From the NCBI GenBank assembly GCA_964270895.1, contig OZ185436.1: DNA of 64,000 bases; one strand, given 5' to 3'. Position 1 is the first letter of the stretch, and each line of letters starts with the position of its first letter. Below the pieces are notes generated by a model. That model was not told the DNA's origin, ran no database searches, and worked only from the letters and a program-made list of their open reading frames with translations. The translations under genes were made by a program, and so were the position numbers. Below, piece after piece: positions 1-12,464 of the stretch. The stretch comes from Podarcis filfolensis. Lineage: Eukaryota.

Positions 1-40
1 CTTCCGGAATGAATTATGTTTGAGAACCAAGGTACCACTG
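1..40. mobile_element. 3' end of Tigger/pogo-like (Tc1/mariner) MITE
   Basis: Ends ...ccaaggtaccactg followed by TA, the same terminus as the other copies in the window. Confidence 0.75.
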
Positions 41-308
41 TATACTTATTAGTGGCAGCAATGTGAGGATATAGGACACACTTTCTGTGTATCTCCAAAA
101 CATATCCCTCTGCTATGAGAACACAAACATCTTAGTGGCATATACTATTCTAGATAAGTAGTTACAACTGCTCATAAAATACAAAGGAATAGTATCTCAT
201 ACATTGTTTTCAAAGGTGATGTTTTCTCTTTTCAATTAGTAAGAAAGTACATTTAGTTTTAAAATGTCTCCCTTCCATTTTCTGTACTTCATTATCAACA
301 ATCAGAAG

Positions 309-738
309 TCAGGATGGGGGAGAAATTTGATTAAGGACACTTTTAAAGAAAAACCTGCCAAATTCATACTTTCCAAAACAAGGTATGAATCGAAGCACGC
401 TATCCTTTGAAATTTGCACTTCTCTGAATTCTCCAATGCATTTTTTTCAGCCAGGTAATGTGCACAAAAGTGTATTTTATTAGTATCAAGCATGCATAAT
501 AATACATGTATTAGTGAATATAACATACAAAAATGCATTACAGTGGTGGAAACTGTTTTGCAAAAATGTGTATATTAGGCAAAAAGACAAATCCAATGTG
601 TGTTTATTAGGAGAAATTCACACTAAAATGCTAACAGATTTTCATGAGGATTAAAAATAATAATCACAAATTGCTGCAGAAATGTGGAGAACTGAGAAAC
701 TGAAAAAAAACTAAAATTGACAGATATATCCATCCTTG
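309..738. mobile_element. hAT-type non-autonomous element
   Basis: Degenerate TIRs (aggatgg...ccatcct) and an 8-bp TSD atcagaag (301-308) / gtcagaag (739-746). Confidence 0.7.
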
Positions 739-1931
739 GTCAGAAGTCACAGACTCCAGAATTAAAAGAGTTCCTGTTATCACTTGAGTTGTAAAACACA
801 GGCATTAAACAATTCCAGATACGATACAGAGAAGCATACATAAAGCATCTGTGCATGCACTATTTTTTTAGGTATTTTAATTGAATTTTAGCCATAAAAC
901 CGAAATAACAAAATAGGAATTCATGAGACAAACACATAAAAACCAAACCAGACCAAAGCAGGCATGGGATGTTACATCCACAAGGGAAAATGATAAAGCC
1001 AGTTTTCCAAATATTTGCAGTAAGATACAATCGGGTAAGTGGATAATACCATCGAAAGAAGTGGGAACTGTGGCACACATGCAGGCGCTACATATGGATA
1101 CTTTGTGGACATTTCCTGGCAGCATGTACAGTATGTACATGCAAAGGGGCATCAAATGAGTTACATGATGTTATCATGGTGACTGGTGCCTTGCATGCAT
1201 GGTTAATATGGAGGTGGCACTGCGAATACACTGAATTGTTGGTTGGCCACAGTTTTATTGGAAACTGTTGCACAATCTTTTTTTCCTGCGGTTATCAATG
1301 TGCTTCTGACTGCTATACGAACATGTGATATGCTATGCTGGTCTAAGCTCTGATAGCAGCAGGCTTCTTAACTTAACCACAGCAATATCCTAATATTACA
1401 GATACAAATTCTGTCATGTTTTAATTGGATAATAAGTGTATATGAGGTGGCATCCATACCACTACTAGGGTATGTCTTACATACATTCTGACCATTTCCT
1501 ATTCTCAACTTACCATTCAAGAAAATACTGTTGCAAATAATAGTCAGAAGAGAGCTTTTCCTGAAAACATTTTGCCAAGAGCAAGACATGATCTTATGCC
1601 TACCAAGATCAATATCTTAATTGTCAGGTTAATAGAGAGGATTAAAATTGGTGATGCATAAAACAGAGATAGCAATAGGCTGCATTGGAGCTTTGTTTTG
1701 GTCTCCTTTTTCTGTAAGAAAATAGAGGAAGAAAAATATACCCAAACACAGGGGATGAATTAACATTCTAGTGAAAAATTGGATACGTATAGCTTCAACC
1801 ATGAGCTTCTTAGCAATAACAGAGATACATGATCACTAATACGATCACAGCACATATTGGTGACTTTTATCTATATGTTGAGTAAAGCTTGAGATAAGCA
1901 AATTAACCCAAAAGAGTAATTTTAGAATGTA

Positions 1932-2505
1932 TGTTTCTGTCCTATGCAGAAATGAAATAGCTCCAGCATCCTGGCTCCCACTCTCAGACTTCATGGAGGC
2001 TTTATTCCAAAAGTCACTACACGGTTTAAACACAGACCAGGCCACAGGTTACAAGCCTCAGCAATTCAGAAACAGGACTCGAATGCATATGACTAGGCTA
2101 AAGCGAATACACCCCAGGCTTCCCTTTTGAAGAGTGGGGCAGGCACAGTCATTTGCACAGTTTTCATCTCAAGTAATATGACTGGGCAAGTAAGTGGACA
2201 CTCCTGTGAGTGGGCTGGGTCTCTTTATGCCAATGTATCTGATAGAGATGGGGCCTGAGTCAGCCAAGTCAACACACTGTTAAGACTCTAGCTTATGTGC
2301 TTCCCCAGCTGCCGGAACAACCTCTTGCTCCAGGGAAAGAGCTGGGAATGACTCTGTTGGATCTCCCTCCTCCACTGGGGTGTCAGGTTGTGGCAGGGCA
2401 GGGATATCATCTGAGGACCCACTCGGCTCCTCCTCATCTACAGTCTCAGTAGTCTCATTCCTATCCTCCTCCCCTTCTGGCCAATCTTGCAAAGATGTCT
2501 CCACA
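1932..2505 (-). mobile_element. LTR-like element (probable Gypsy solo LTR), old
   Basis: TG...CA ends on the minus strand, AATAAA (plus tttatt 2001-2006) near the 3' end, and an acidic low-complexity U3-like segment. TSD is not convincing (tgta/cgca). Confidence 0.5.
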
Positions 2506-2998
2506 CGCAGGCTGGCCAAAATAAAAAAGTCAACCCACCACAGAAGACAGAGAAGGCTATCTAACCAAAGCTTTTCAATAATTCTTGGCAGCAGCAAACC
2601 TTTCAAGAACACTATTAAGTGGCCAAGGTATCAGTGAGGACTTCAGAATCCTTATTATTGTAGCATTATAATTTGATTGAGTAAGGACAGCTAAAATTGA
2701 CAAATTGTTCAGTGTCTTCAGTGGCCTCCTATTATTAACCTTAGAATGAAGCCACCAGTATACACATAGGCACCTCAGATCAAGGAAGCCAGCCAGTGAC
2801 TGACCTGGCACCGGAGCAGGCTAGTATTTGAGTGCATTAACCTTGTGCAACCTTCACAATCATATAGCACTCAGAAATATAAAGCAGCATGCCCAAGGAA
2901 GACAGGCCTGTTAAAATGAACACTGCATTTTCCATCTGAAATGATGGAAGCTATCCATTTTCTATGAATAGGTCCAGCTCTGTCCCTGTGGAACTTAC

Positions 2999-3050
2999 AG
3001 ATGGAGCATTTAGAGCAAGAGGTATCAGTAGGCACTGAAGTGGAAATCAT
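2999..3050 (-). CDS. Candidate alternative start exon, MISTSVPTDTSCSKCSI + 1 nt (phase 1); unverified
   Basis: cag|ATG at 3050, 17 codons + T, donor TCT|gtaagt (2998-2993). Same strand, phase and size class as the TENM2 start exon. Confidence 0.3.
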
Positions 3051-3580
3051 CTGCCAAATATTATTCTGCTTTCTCCTTTGTGAGTGGAGGAATAAAACCA
3101 GAGTTAGCAATTTCTTGATCAGATTGTTATAGCTTTAATTGAAAAGATAATGTCAGTGAAAAGAGAGCATTCTGGCAGACCCAGCATAAATGTTGAGGCA
3201 TTCACAGAAAATTGGAGAATCTGTTCCCCAGTCAAAAGATTCAGGTCTATTCATACGTCAACTGCTATATACAATTTTGTTTTAAAAGACAGAAAAGAAA
3301 AACAAAATAAATGAAAGTGACCCACAGGAGTAAGTGAAAGCCAGCAATTACTAGTCCCTTGCTGAGAGATTGCAAGTTGAGCGAAACATAAAATGAAGTT
3401 GTGATTTCCAGGGACTTGGGGTCAAGCTATCAAATATCCACAGGCTCTCTTCTGCTATCTCTGTTAGGAAAGGAAGACATTTTGTAACTTAGTCCCCAGC
3501 CCTTGTGTACAAGAGATCAGTCACAAGAGACCCAATGCCAGCTCAAGAGGATGATGTTTTGCATTTTGCCAAAACATTAC

Positions 3581-3656
3581 CTGTGACAAAGAACCGGCAC
3601 ACTGAATTGGCAAGTACATCATACCGTAACCCTATAGATCTAGAGAGACTGCACAT
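3581..3656 (-). CDS. Candidate alternative start exon, MCSLSRSIGLRYDVLANSVCRFFVT + G (phase 1); unverified
   Basis: ATG at 3656, 25 codons + G, strong donor CAG|gtaatg (3580-3575). Confidence 0.2.
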
Positions 3657-3820
3657 GTCCCAGTTAAATGTAAGGGGCTTCTCTAGAGACTGGGCTGGGG
3701 AGAAATTACCCAGCCTAACTTTGCAAACTAGCTGGCTATCATAAGTGGTTTGCCTTGAATGCAATTACTGATACAAAGGTGAGATGTTTAGGGCTTGATA
3801 ACTCTTCTCAGGGGCATACC

Positions 3821-3987
3821 TAGGGGTTGGCAAAACCAGTTCTCTCCAAGGGCACAGACGGGGGGGGCAGGGGGCATAAAAATTGCTCTGACTTTGGACA
3901 GAGTTCGTTGTGTGGGGCGAGAGGCACACGAGGCAGATTGCTTGGATGAGAATCGCCTTAGAAGAAATTGAGATTGGGGGTGGGTGG
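3821..3987. mobile_element. Truncated hAT-like MITE
   Basis: Starts taggggttggcaaaacc, an hAT-type terminus. The other end is missing where the LTR-like segment begins. Confidence 0.4.
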
Positions 3988-4493
3988 TGTGACGCGATGG
4001 CTGGTATCCCTGCTGCCTTCTTCACACCCACTACTGATGGAAGTTTTTTAATTCTCCCAACTTTTGTGTGCGCACGCAGCCCTCAAAACTCCCCCTTCCT
4101 GGGGGACATGACTAGGTCCTGCCTTCCTCCCTCCTTCCTGGGTGAGAGAACAGCCTAGGGAGTGGCTTTTCCTCTCCATGTGGTAAAGTGACCCCCCCCC
4201 CCCGGAGGGCTGCCTATACAGCTCCTTACCAAGGGAGCAAGGGATCCTAGGTACACCTCTGCCTCTTCTCATGAGCATTATTCAGGTCATGTATTAGTTT
4301 GGAAAAGTTCAGAGTTTGGTTGAGCTGCTGCTTAATAAATTTGTGGCATAGATAAAATCCAGACATTGCACTGCATGGAAAGCTCTGGGATTTTGGCTCC
4401 TGCAGTACCCTACATTCCCGAAAAAAAATATGTTCCAGAAGGTTGGGAGTCAATGGACTCCTTCTATCACTGGAGAGCACCTTTGGATTCACA
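3988..4493 (+). mobile_element. LTR-like element (possible solo LTR)
   Basis: tgtga...tcaca inverted ends, TATA-like cctataca at about 4213, AATAAA at 4334-4339. No TSD found. Confidence 0.4.
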
Positions 4494-4597
4494 CATAGTT
4501 TCCTGTCTTTGTTCTGGGGAAACTTGAATCATTTCAAAAGCAATTAAGGAAGCTTTTAGTGTTTGGTGTTTTATCGTATTTTTAATATTCTGTTGGA

Positions 4598-4642
4598 AGT
4601 AATAGTAATAATAATAGTAGTAGTAGTAGTAGTAGTAGTAGT
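4598..4642. repeat. (TAA)/(TAG)n microsatellite
   Basis: Direct reading of the sequence. Confidence 0.95.
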
Positions 4643-7600
4643 TTGGGGGTGACAGAAGTATGTGAACAACCTATAACATCACCTCATTCATTATCACTAA
4701 TTGGTTTGTCATAATCACAATAGTAAACTCTTTATAATTTTGCCATTAGTGATAATTCTAGTAGGGGAAAGTTCATTACGAAAAAGGTTCAGGTAGATTT
4801 ATTTTTAAACCAAATACCAACAACCTTTTCAGAAATCATAAACCTCAACTACACATCATTATAGTGTTCCTGATTTTTATCTTTTATAAGTAGTTCAATG
4901 AAAATAAGGAATTGAATGGCACTTTGCTACTGTTTCTGTTGCAATTTTAAAGATGACTACCTATCTTAAAAGCTATTACCCAAAATGGAAATGAAAAATA
5001 GAAATTCTGTTACATTATTTCAAATGTTAAACATGAACAAAGAAAACAAATAAACCCATCCTTTATTATAGGCTGTAATATCAATGATTTCTGCAAACAT
5101 TTCATAAAATTCTCACCCGTATTTCATCTCCTTGAAGTTTTAACACCTGAAGTGATTTGTGACAGGTCTATGTACTTGAACTGTTATTCTAATGTTAGCC
5201 TGCTTTCCTGTGAACCTTGATTTCAGCTTCAAGCTATCGCTCTATAGTGTTTTGTCAATCACAGTTTATCAAATGCATTCTGCTGAGGCAGCTGCCAAGA
5301 CAAGGCTTGGCACTGACAAGCCATCTTTGCTCCTGTTTATTCCATCCTTAAGTCACCAACTCTCATTTTATCTCTCAGAATAAGAAATGTTCTGGCTAGT
5401 CAGACGGGATGTGGAAAGTTACTCTTTAAGCAGGCAAGACAAGCCACTCGGCTGGCAGGACTTTTGATCAAGGGAAGTTGGAGTACCAATAAATTCACAG
5501 CAGTCCATTCATGTTTGCTTTTTCCTTATCGTTGAGTGCTATTCTGAAAATACTACTGGCATGCAGTGAATAGAAGTGATTGAGTAAGAAGATACAGTAC
5601 AGCCTGTCAACTTATCCTGAAATAGCCTACAGTGGATGGAATAAAAGCTGTTCCAGCCCATGGCTATAGAGTTCTGTTGTGGAGAAACACTTGAGGGTAC
5701 ATTTCAGCTGGCAGTTAAGCATACCTGATATTTAAAGCAGTTCTGGTAAACCAGGCAGACCCTGTAAGAATGTGTACATATGCCTTGTGGGAACAAACCT
5801 GAGTCACCTCCTATCCCTGAACTTCTAAAATCCCCAGTTTCTCTCTCACAGCAATCCATTATGCTGTGTTATGTTTTCTTTATATACCACTTTTTTTAGC
5901 CCAAAGTCTATCAAAGCAGTGAACATATTAATAGAAAAGTAATATGCAATTAGGATACAATTAATCAATCAAACCAGCACAAAACAGAAGAATAATTTAA
6001 TAATTATAATTATACCCTGCCCATCTGGCTGGGTTTCCCCAGCCACTCCAGGCAGCTCCCAACAGAATAGTAAAAACACGATAAAACATCAAACATTAAA
6101 AACTGCCACCAATGCCCACTAATTACACCAGGTATGTTTTTGTGAGCAGCATATATGTTCTTACCACATGCAGCTCTCACATACATGCTCTCACCACATG
6201 CAGCTCCACAGCATCCCACCTCTCACGTGGAAGCCATATTACTTCACATCCTCTCCACGTCTGGCTGTTTCAATCAACCATGGGATTTGCTCTTGATCTT
6301 GTCACACTTGGAGCCATCGCATGAGGGTTAGCCTGTCAGTGGCAACCCACCATCAGTGGTGCCTCCAAACCAGCTACCACTGTGCCATAGTTCTTGATCT
6401 TCATGAGCTAGGCTAGCTGGCCAAACCTCTTGGCTTCTCCAACAAGCTTCTGTTCTACAGGTGCAGTAGAATGTGGGTGTGAATGCTAAGGTAGGTATTC
6501 ATCTTCTAGTCAGCAATGGTCCTGCTGCTGCTACCTGCCTCCTCCTGCCTTACTCAGAATTTTTTAAAAAGTGATCTTAAGAAAGGAAACTCATGTCCCC
6601 CCCCACCCCAGAAATTGGGACTTGTAAACATAATTTTACTTTCCTGTAACAATAAAAACATGAAACCATATTTTAGCATGATATCCAAACAAGGGCAGAA
6701 AGAAGAAACAAGTATCTTCAAAATTGATACAATATGTGACACATATGTGGAGGAAATATATTTAAGGAGGTCCTCAGGCAGCTACCTTAAACTGAGTTAG
6801 ACCACTGGTCTAGGTAGCTCAGCATTATCTACTAACTGGCAGCGTTTTTCTAGGGTTTCCGAAAGGAATCTCTCCCAGTCTTACTCAAAGATGTCAGGGA
6901 CACGTCTGATAATACCCACATTTGAGAACATGGTCTGCAAACTGCTTGTGCAATTAGTAAAATATTCCAAGGTTTATTTGTTTTTGTGGGGGGTTTTTTT
7001 ACACATAAGGCATCATACAGCATCTGTAGGATAATGTTTGCTGTATATACTCTAGTTGTGTATTGTCTATGAAGTCAAAACATTTTAAAATAAAGTAATT
7101 CTAGGACAAATATTTAGATAGTGCTTTAATGAAGCCTAGTGATAATAGGAAATGACTCTGCTTACATAACTGCTTTCATTATGCACAAGGCAACATAACA
7201 AATAACTGATATCATGATTTGTGGGTACTTTGGAATCCAACCCAACAGCACCCTTATTATGAAGCAAAATGAAGCAGTTGCCTTGATGAACACATTGCAG
7301 AAAGGGTTCCAGGTTTTGGGTTCTAGTATCTATCTCTGCAAAACCCTTCTTTCATTTATGACATATACCAACACCTTCTGTAAATATCCCTTTAAATGTT
7401 TTCAAAACAATGAACAGTGGATCTTTGCATCAGAATAAGAACACATTTTTCTAAGGGCCAAGAACACATTCAAAGGTTTCAACACCCTAATTAGGAAAGC
7501 ATAACTGAAAATCCAGAACCTACTTTGGGTCCCGGGTCCCATGTATCTATGAATGCTTAGTATATCTATGTCTTGTGGTGATACTAGCTTTATGCTCCAT

Positions 7601-8037
7601 ACAAATCCACCCTTTCCAACAGGTCTCTTTCAGCTGCCAGTTTCTCTATAAGCTAGTTTCACAGGGGAATAACATTTTCCACTGCAGATTCTGATAGGTT
7701 TCAAAAGAGCACATCTGGTCGTCTAAAGGGAACAACTATTATTAGACAGATATGATTAATCCTCTTTGGGTTTCTTTACTGTGGGGACAGTAGTGTATTA
7801 TTATTTTTGCTTTTATATGTGGGATTCGGAACAACAAACAACAACTCACATAAACCTACATTGCCATCTTATTTAATGACATGCAGAATCCATAGATCAT
7901 CAGAGATTGGAACTATACTGACTTGTCACTAAGCTTTCATTTGAATGGGACGTGCAACTTTTGAAGAATTGAAAGGATCTGGCATTAGTGGGAACAAATA
8001 ACATAGCACTGCGAACTTTCTGGAAGATGGCAGTGTA

Positions 8038-8169
8038 CATGGCAGGGCAATCTGTGACCCTCCAGTGTAGGTTTTGCTACACTACAGCTCCCACCATCCT
8101 GACCATGAGCCATGCTGTTGTGGCTTGAAGTCCAATAAAATCTGAAGCAGCAAATGTTTCCCACTACTG
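8038..8169. mobile_element. Degraded short hAT MITE (ctacagctcccaccatcc family)
   Basis: Internal similarity to the copies at 33425 and about 39280. Confidence 0.5.
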
Positions 8170-8269
8170 CTATATGAAATCGCCCACAACAGAATAAATG
8201 CTTTTAAATAAATGCATTTTTAAATAAATGATTTTATTTGAAAATGTAATTATAAATATTCCATGAATT

Positions 8270-8370
8270 CAACACAGCAATCCTATGCATGTTTACTTAG
8301 AGATATATCTCCTTTTGTTCAATGGAACTTACTTCCATGTAAGTGTGCCTTCCAGGTAAGACTACAGCCT
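8270..8370. mobile_element. Short palindromic MITE (gcaatcctatgcatgtttact...ttcaatggaacttacttcc...gactacagcct)
   Basis: Imperfect inverted-repeat architecture; I recall it as an abundant squamate short repeat. Confidence 0.55.
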
Positions 8371-9729
8371 TGGAGTTTGTTTTTTAAACGTCTTTACTGA
8401 AACACCAAGCTCAGTGCTAAGTATCTCATTTGTAAAATGCATGTTTCAAAGTATAATATACATAATAGAGTATAAAAGGGTATAGAGTTCAAAGAATAAG
8501 AAACATGATAAACTGGTCTAGGGTAGAATATGGGGTGGGGAAATTTTTAAGCCTTAGGATGCATTCCCTAATGATCAACCTTCAGGGGGTGGGGAGCAAA
8601 TTCAGTGGTAAGCAGGTCCAAAGGGGACTGAGCAACTGAAGTGGCTCATATCTTTGCACAGTAGGCTACTTTCTACACAAAATCCAGTGATTTCTACATA
8701 TTCAACAAGTAATTATCACGTCCCAGGATACATTCCAGCCACACAAAAGAACTTAAAGAGGGTGTGGAGCAGACCAGTCAGGGTTGTGGTCAGGGGAGGG
8801 GCAGACAGAGAGGCCTGGGGCTGCATTTTACATTTTACACTTGGGCTTGAAGTTACCCACCAGGGGTAAACAGTAACCACTAGAAGAAGAGAAACACACA
8901 GAAGCAAAAATATTGAACCTGCAAAATCTGAAAACAATGAACCAAAAAACAGAAGGGGAATTTAAAGCTCATACTCAATAAAGTTAATATTAAGGTTTCC
9001 AAGCTTGTTCTATTTTTGCAAGCACTATTATTATTGTTATTATTAGTAGTATTAGTATTATCAATGAAATTGTTTCTAGAATTTGATTAATAATCTATAC
9101 CCCTCTGGGGTATAGTACTGGGAGTAAAGCTTGCATGTCTGCATGGTACCAATATAGCTCATTCAACTGACCTAGAAATAGAATTATATAATTTAATATC
9201 CATGAAGGATGTTGAAATAAAAGCAATGCAAACAAAGCAAAGAGAAGTGACAAGATTCATTTTTTGTCTGGCTTTTGAAAGGCCTAGGCACTGTACTGGG
9301 GAGAAACGGTTATTTATTTCTAATCTGTTTTCTTTTGTTTGTTTCTTTGCTTGACAGAATCACTCTATTTGTTGTTATTTCCTTAGTGCTGTTCTGTTAG
9401 TACAAATGGGATGAAATACAAGAACATATTTCAGTAGAATATATATATTTTTCCTTTAAAAAAACATTTTTGAGAATGGCCAATTACTAGGGACATCAGG
9501 GTTTCCTTGAAAAATGTTCATGGCTTCCTCAATTAAATGATCAGTAATGGTGGACCAGGTAACCTGAAAAGCAAACAAATTGCAAGATAGTGCTGGTTGT
9601 TTTTTAGGGAACACTCTTTGTTCATAAATGTAAATAGTGATGCGCAATAGGCCTGATGAGCTTTTCACATGAAGTAAGTATCAACATCAGCTTGATTTTT
9701 TACATATGGAAAGTCCTTGGTTTCAACCA

Positions 9730-9900
9730 CTGTCATGATTGCTATATATTACTTCCAGTATCAGGGGAGTTATGCCTCTGAATGCCAGTTGCTGTGGTAC
9801 ACAAGCAAGGAGAGTGCTACTGCGTTCATGTCCTGCTTGGAGGGCTTTGCAGAGGCATTCAGTTAGCCACTGTGGGAACAAAATGTTGGAGTAGATCTGA
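9730..9900 (+). mobile_element. CR1 LINE 3' fragment, degraded
   Basis: Similar to the CR1 3' UTR copies at 18.2 and 39.9 kb (ctgaatgccagttgctg...gccactgtgggaac). Confidence 0.55.
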
Positions 9901-12464
9901 TACCACCATGGCGCTTCCTACTGACCCAGGAGGAAGTCCAATCAAACTTACAAGTAAACATGCACAAGACTGGGCTGCAGATGGAAAGGTATCCCTGAAG
10001 GTAGTTTGAAAATCATGGCAATAAAGGACGCCTGAGGATCATTCTTAATCAGCTGTAAAGTAGGAGTTTCTCGGCCTTGGGGTAACCTCTTGAGTATGTA
10101 CATAAAACAGAGTTTTCCTCTAAAACAATAAACAATTATAGTAATGATAGTAATAAACAACAGTAGAGTGTGCTAACATGGGGTCCTTTCAAGGCTGTCT
10201 TTGTAGCATTGAAGCCATGTTGCACATTTAGATTATGAAAAATAAAACATTACCTTGCTTTTTCTATTGAAAGGAAGGAAGGAAAGAAAATATCTTTCTA
10301 TTATGAAACTAGCTCATATTTGTAAAGGGAGATATAGGGAGATATAAGGAGATTCAATATTTAAGGGAAGCATTCCAGAAAGATCATGTGATTATTGATG
10401 CAGAATGTAAGGAAGCAGTAAGTTTAAAAACAAAACAGATACTTCAGTGATAACTTTGTTACAATGTAGAATAATGATTGACAAAAGCAACCAAAAAAGC
10501 ATACAACTATGCAAATAATTATTGTTGGTTGCTGTGAAGTTAAATGCTGCCAAACATATCAATGAAGTGCTTTGATATCTTGAGTTTCTACAGTATGTTA
10601 TAGTATGCTATGATTTATTTCTATACTTCCTTTTGACCAAAATTTTCCCCAAGGCAGCTCATAAAGGTTAACACAAATACAAAATTCAACCAACACAATG
10701 CAATTTGTATTGTACAGAGCTTCTTTTGTGAAATCTGAGACTCCTATGTGGAAGGTTTGCAATAATAATACTCTTATAAGCAAGGAAAGGATCAAATTTC
10801 AGCAATCATGTTAAACACAGGGCTATTTAAAAGTGACAACTGTGCTAATTCACTTCTGCAAGTGAGACTCACTACTTTCGGGATACGGTACATATTCTTC
10901 TGCTCTAAAAGCCACAGTGCCCCAGATCAAAGAACACTCGGCATCAGCATGAGAACTGAGTCTTCAGAATGATTTCTGGTCCCCAAACCAATTTCATCTA
11001 ATAATTAACTGATCCCCAACATGAAAAGGTGGAAGAATTCCACAGGGAGTCAGGAGAGATCAAAGCTTGTGCTGTGTGTTTCCCTCCGCCTCTCCCTCTT
11101 TTCCGGACAGCCATCCATCTGACTTCAGTGCGAGAACAGTCACACACATTTAGCCACTAGAGACTGACATCAAACAGACTCTGAAATAACTTTCCATGAT
11201 TCCAACTTTTGCTGGAGAAAATGTTGGTGGGAAGGGAAGAGGCAAGGCAAAGAAGATAGAAAACAAGAAAACAGCAGTGATTTGGGGAAAGAGGTAGCTC
11301 TGGGACAAAAGTTTGTGATTACGTGGTGTTTCACTTAATGTATTCTACCCTATATAAATCATTGCTTGCTTTGAATGTTGAGACTGAATGTACAAAAACC
11401 TTAACGTAATAAGCATTTAAATAAAAAAATATGGTATTCACACCTGACCCTATCATAACCCTCAGTTTGTACTAGCTTTCAGCCTCAGATGGTAATATGA
11501 CTCCCACAGAACATTAGAAATCATAGCAATTACAGAAGTACATTGCCATATATTGCAGAATGGTTTCCTCAAACAATTGAGCAAACTGATCCAACATGCG
11601 GGATTTAAAACCAGGGGGCATAGCCCTAGGAAAGGTTTTAAATCAGGGTTTCAAATAAGAAAGGCATGGCTTCCAGGCAAGCTTCAGTCCCAGTATCTCT
11701 ATTTTTTATGTATGTTATTTTGGGAGTTTTACTAAATTCGCTGTGATGTGCTCCCCTTGGCTAAGATTACCTCCTACTTATTATCATTGTCCCCTAAGGT
11801 ACTGTGGATCTAGCACAGGCAAATGTTGAGCAGTTAGTACACCCACAGCTTAAAATTTTGATGAGGTTCAATTGTTTAGTGCAATCTAACAGCAAATAGA
11901 AGAAACAATGTGTGGTGCTATAATAGATTCGTTTTTTAAATAATAATTGAAATACATTATTGTTCTCACATTTCCCTCTTTACTTGTGATTCCGCTCCAG
12001 TATTCCATCTATCTATGCACAATTTGTCATCAGAGTTTGACGTCTGTGTGTAGTACGAGACAACATGTTTGTGGCAAACGCCACCACTATCAGAAACAAA
12101 GGAAACAGGAAAAAATAGAGAAAAGGGTCTGCCTCAATTTCAGAGTGCATCAGTTTGTGACACACTTTCATTCCCTGATTGTTATTCCTGCATGTACATG
12201 TCATATGTGCTTTAAAGTCTTAAACGCTTAATTAGATCATACTGAACTCAATAGAGGAGATGTGGATTCAAGGACATAATCCGTCCCTTGTACTGTTGTA
12301 AAATATTTTAAGACTGTGACATTAGGCTGCAATTTATGTCTGGCAGTGATGAAGGTTTAACCTAATAGCATACATAAATGCATTTTTACTTTCATATTAA
12401 CAAAAGCTTATTGTCAGTGCTTTTAAAAATCATTGGTGTTCTTACTGCACAAGGCACATGTGCC

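Noticed and set aside
2280-2612. 110-aa acidic ORF (EGEEDRNETTETVDEEEPSG...)
   Set aside because: It lies in an LTR-like U3 segment, is low-complexity, has no splice context and resembles no protein I know.
6450-6496. Plus-strand 30-nt exon-like unit (ctacag|GTGCAG...CTAAG|gtaggt)
   Set aside because: All three frames contain a stop, it adjoins a repeat remnant, and there is no plus-strand gene context.
9325-9360. Strong plus-strand acceptor-like tract (similar ones at about 54417 and 25476)
   Set aside because: No partnered donor with a coherent frame; T-rich tracts are common in this composition.
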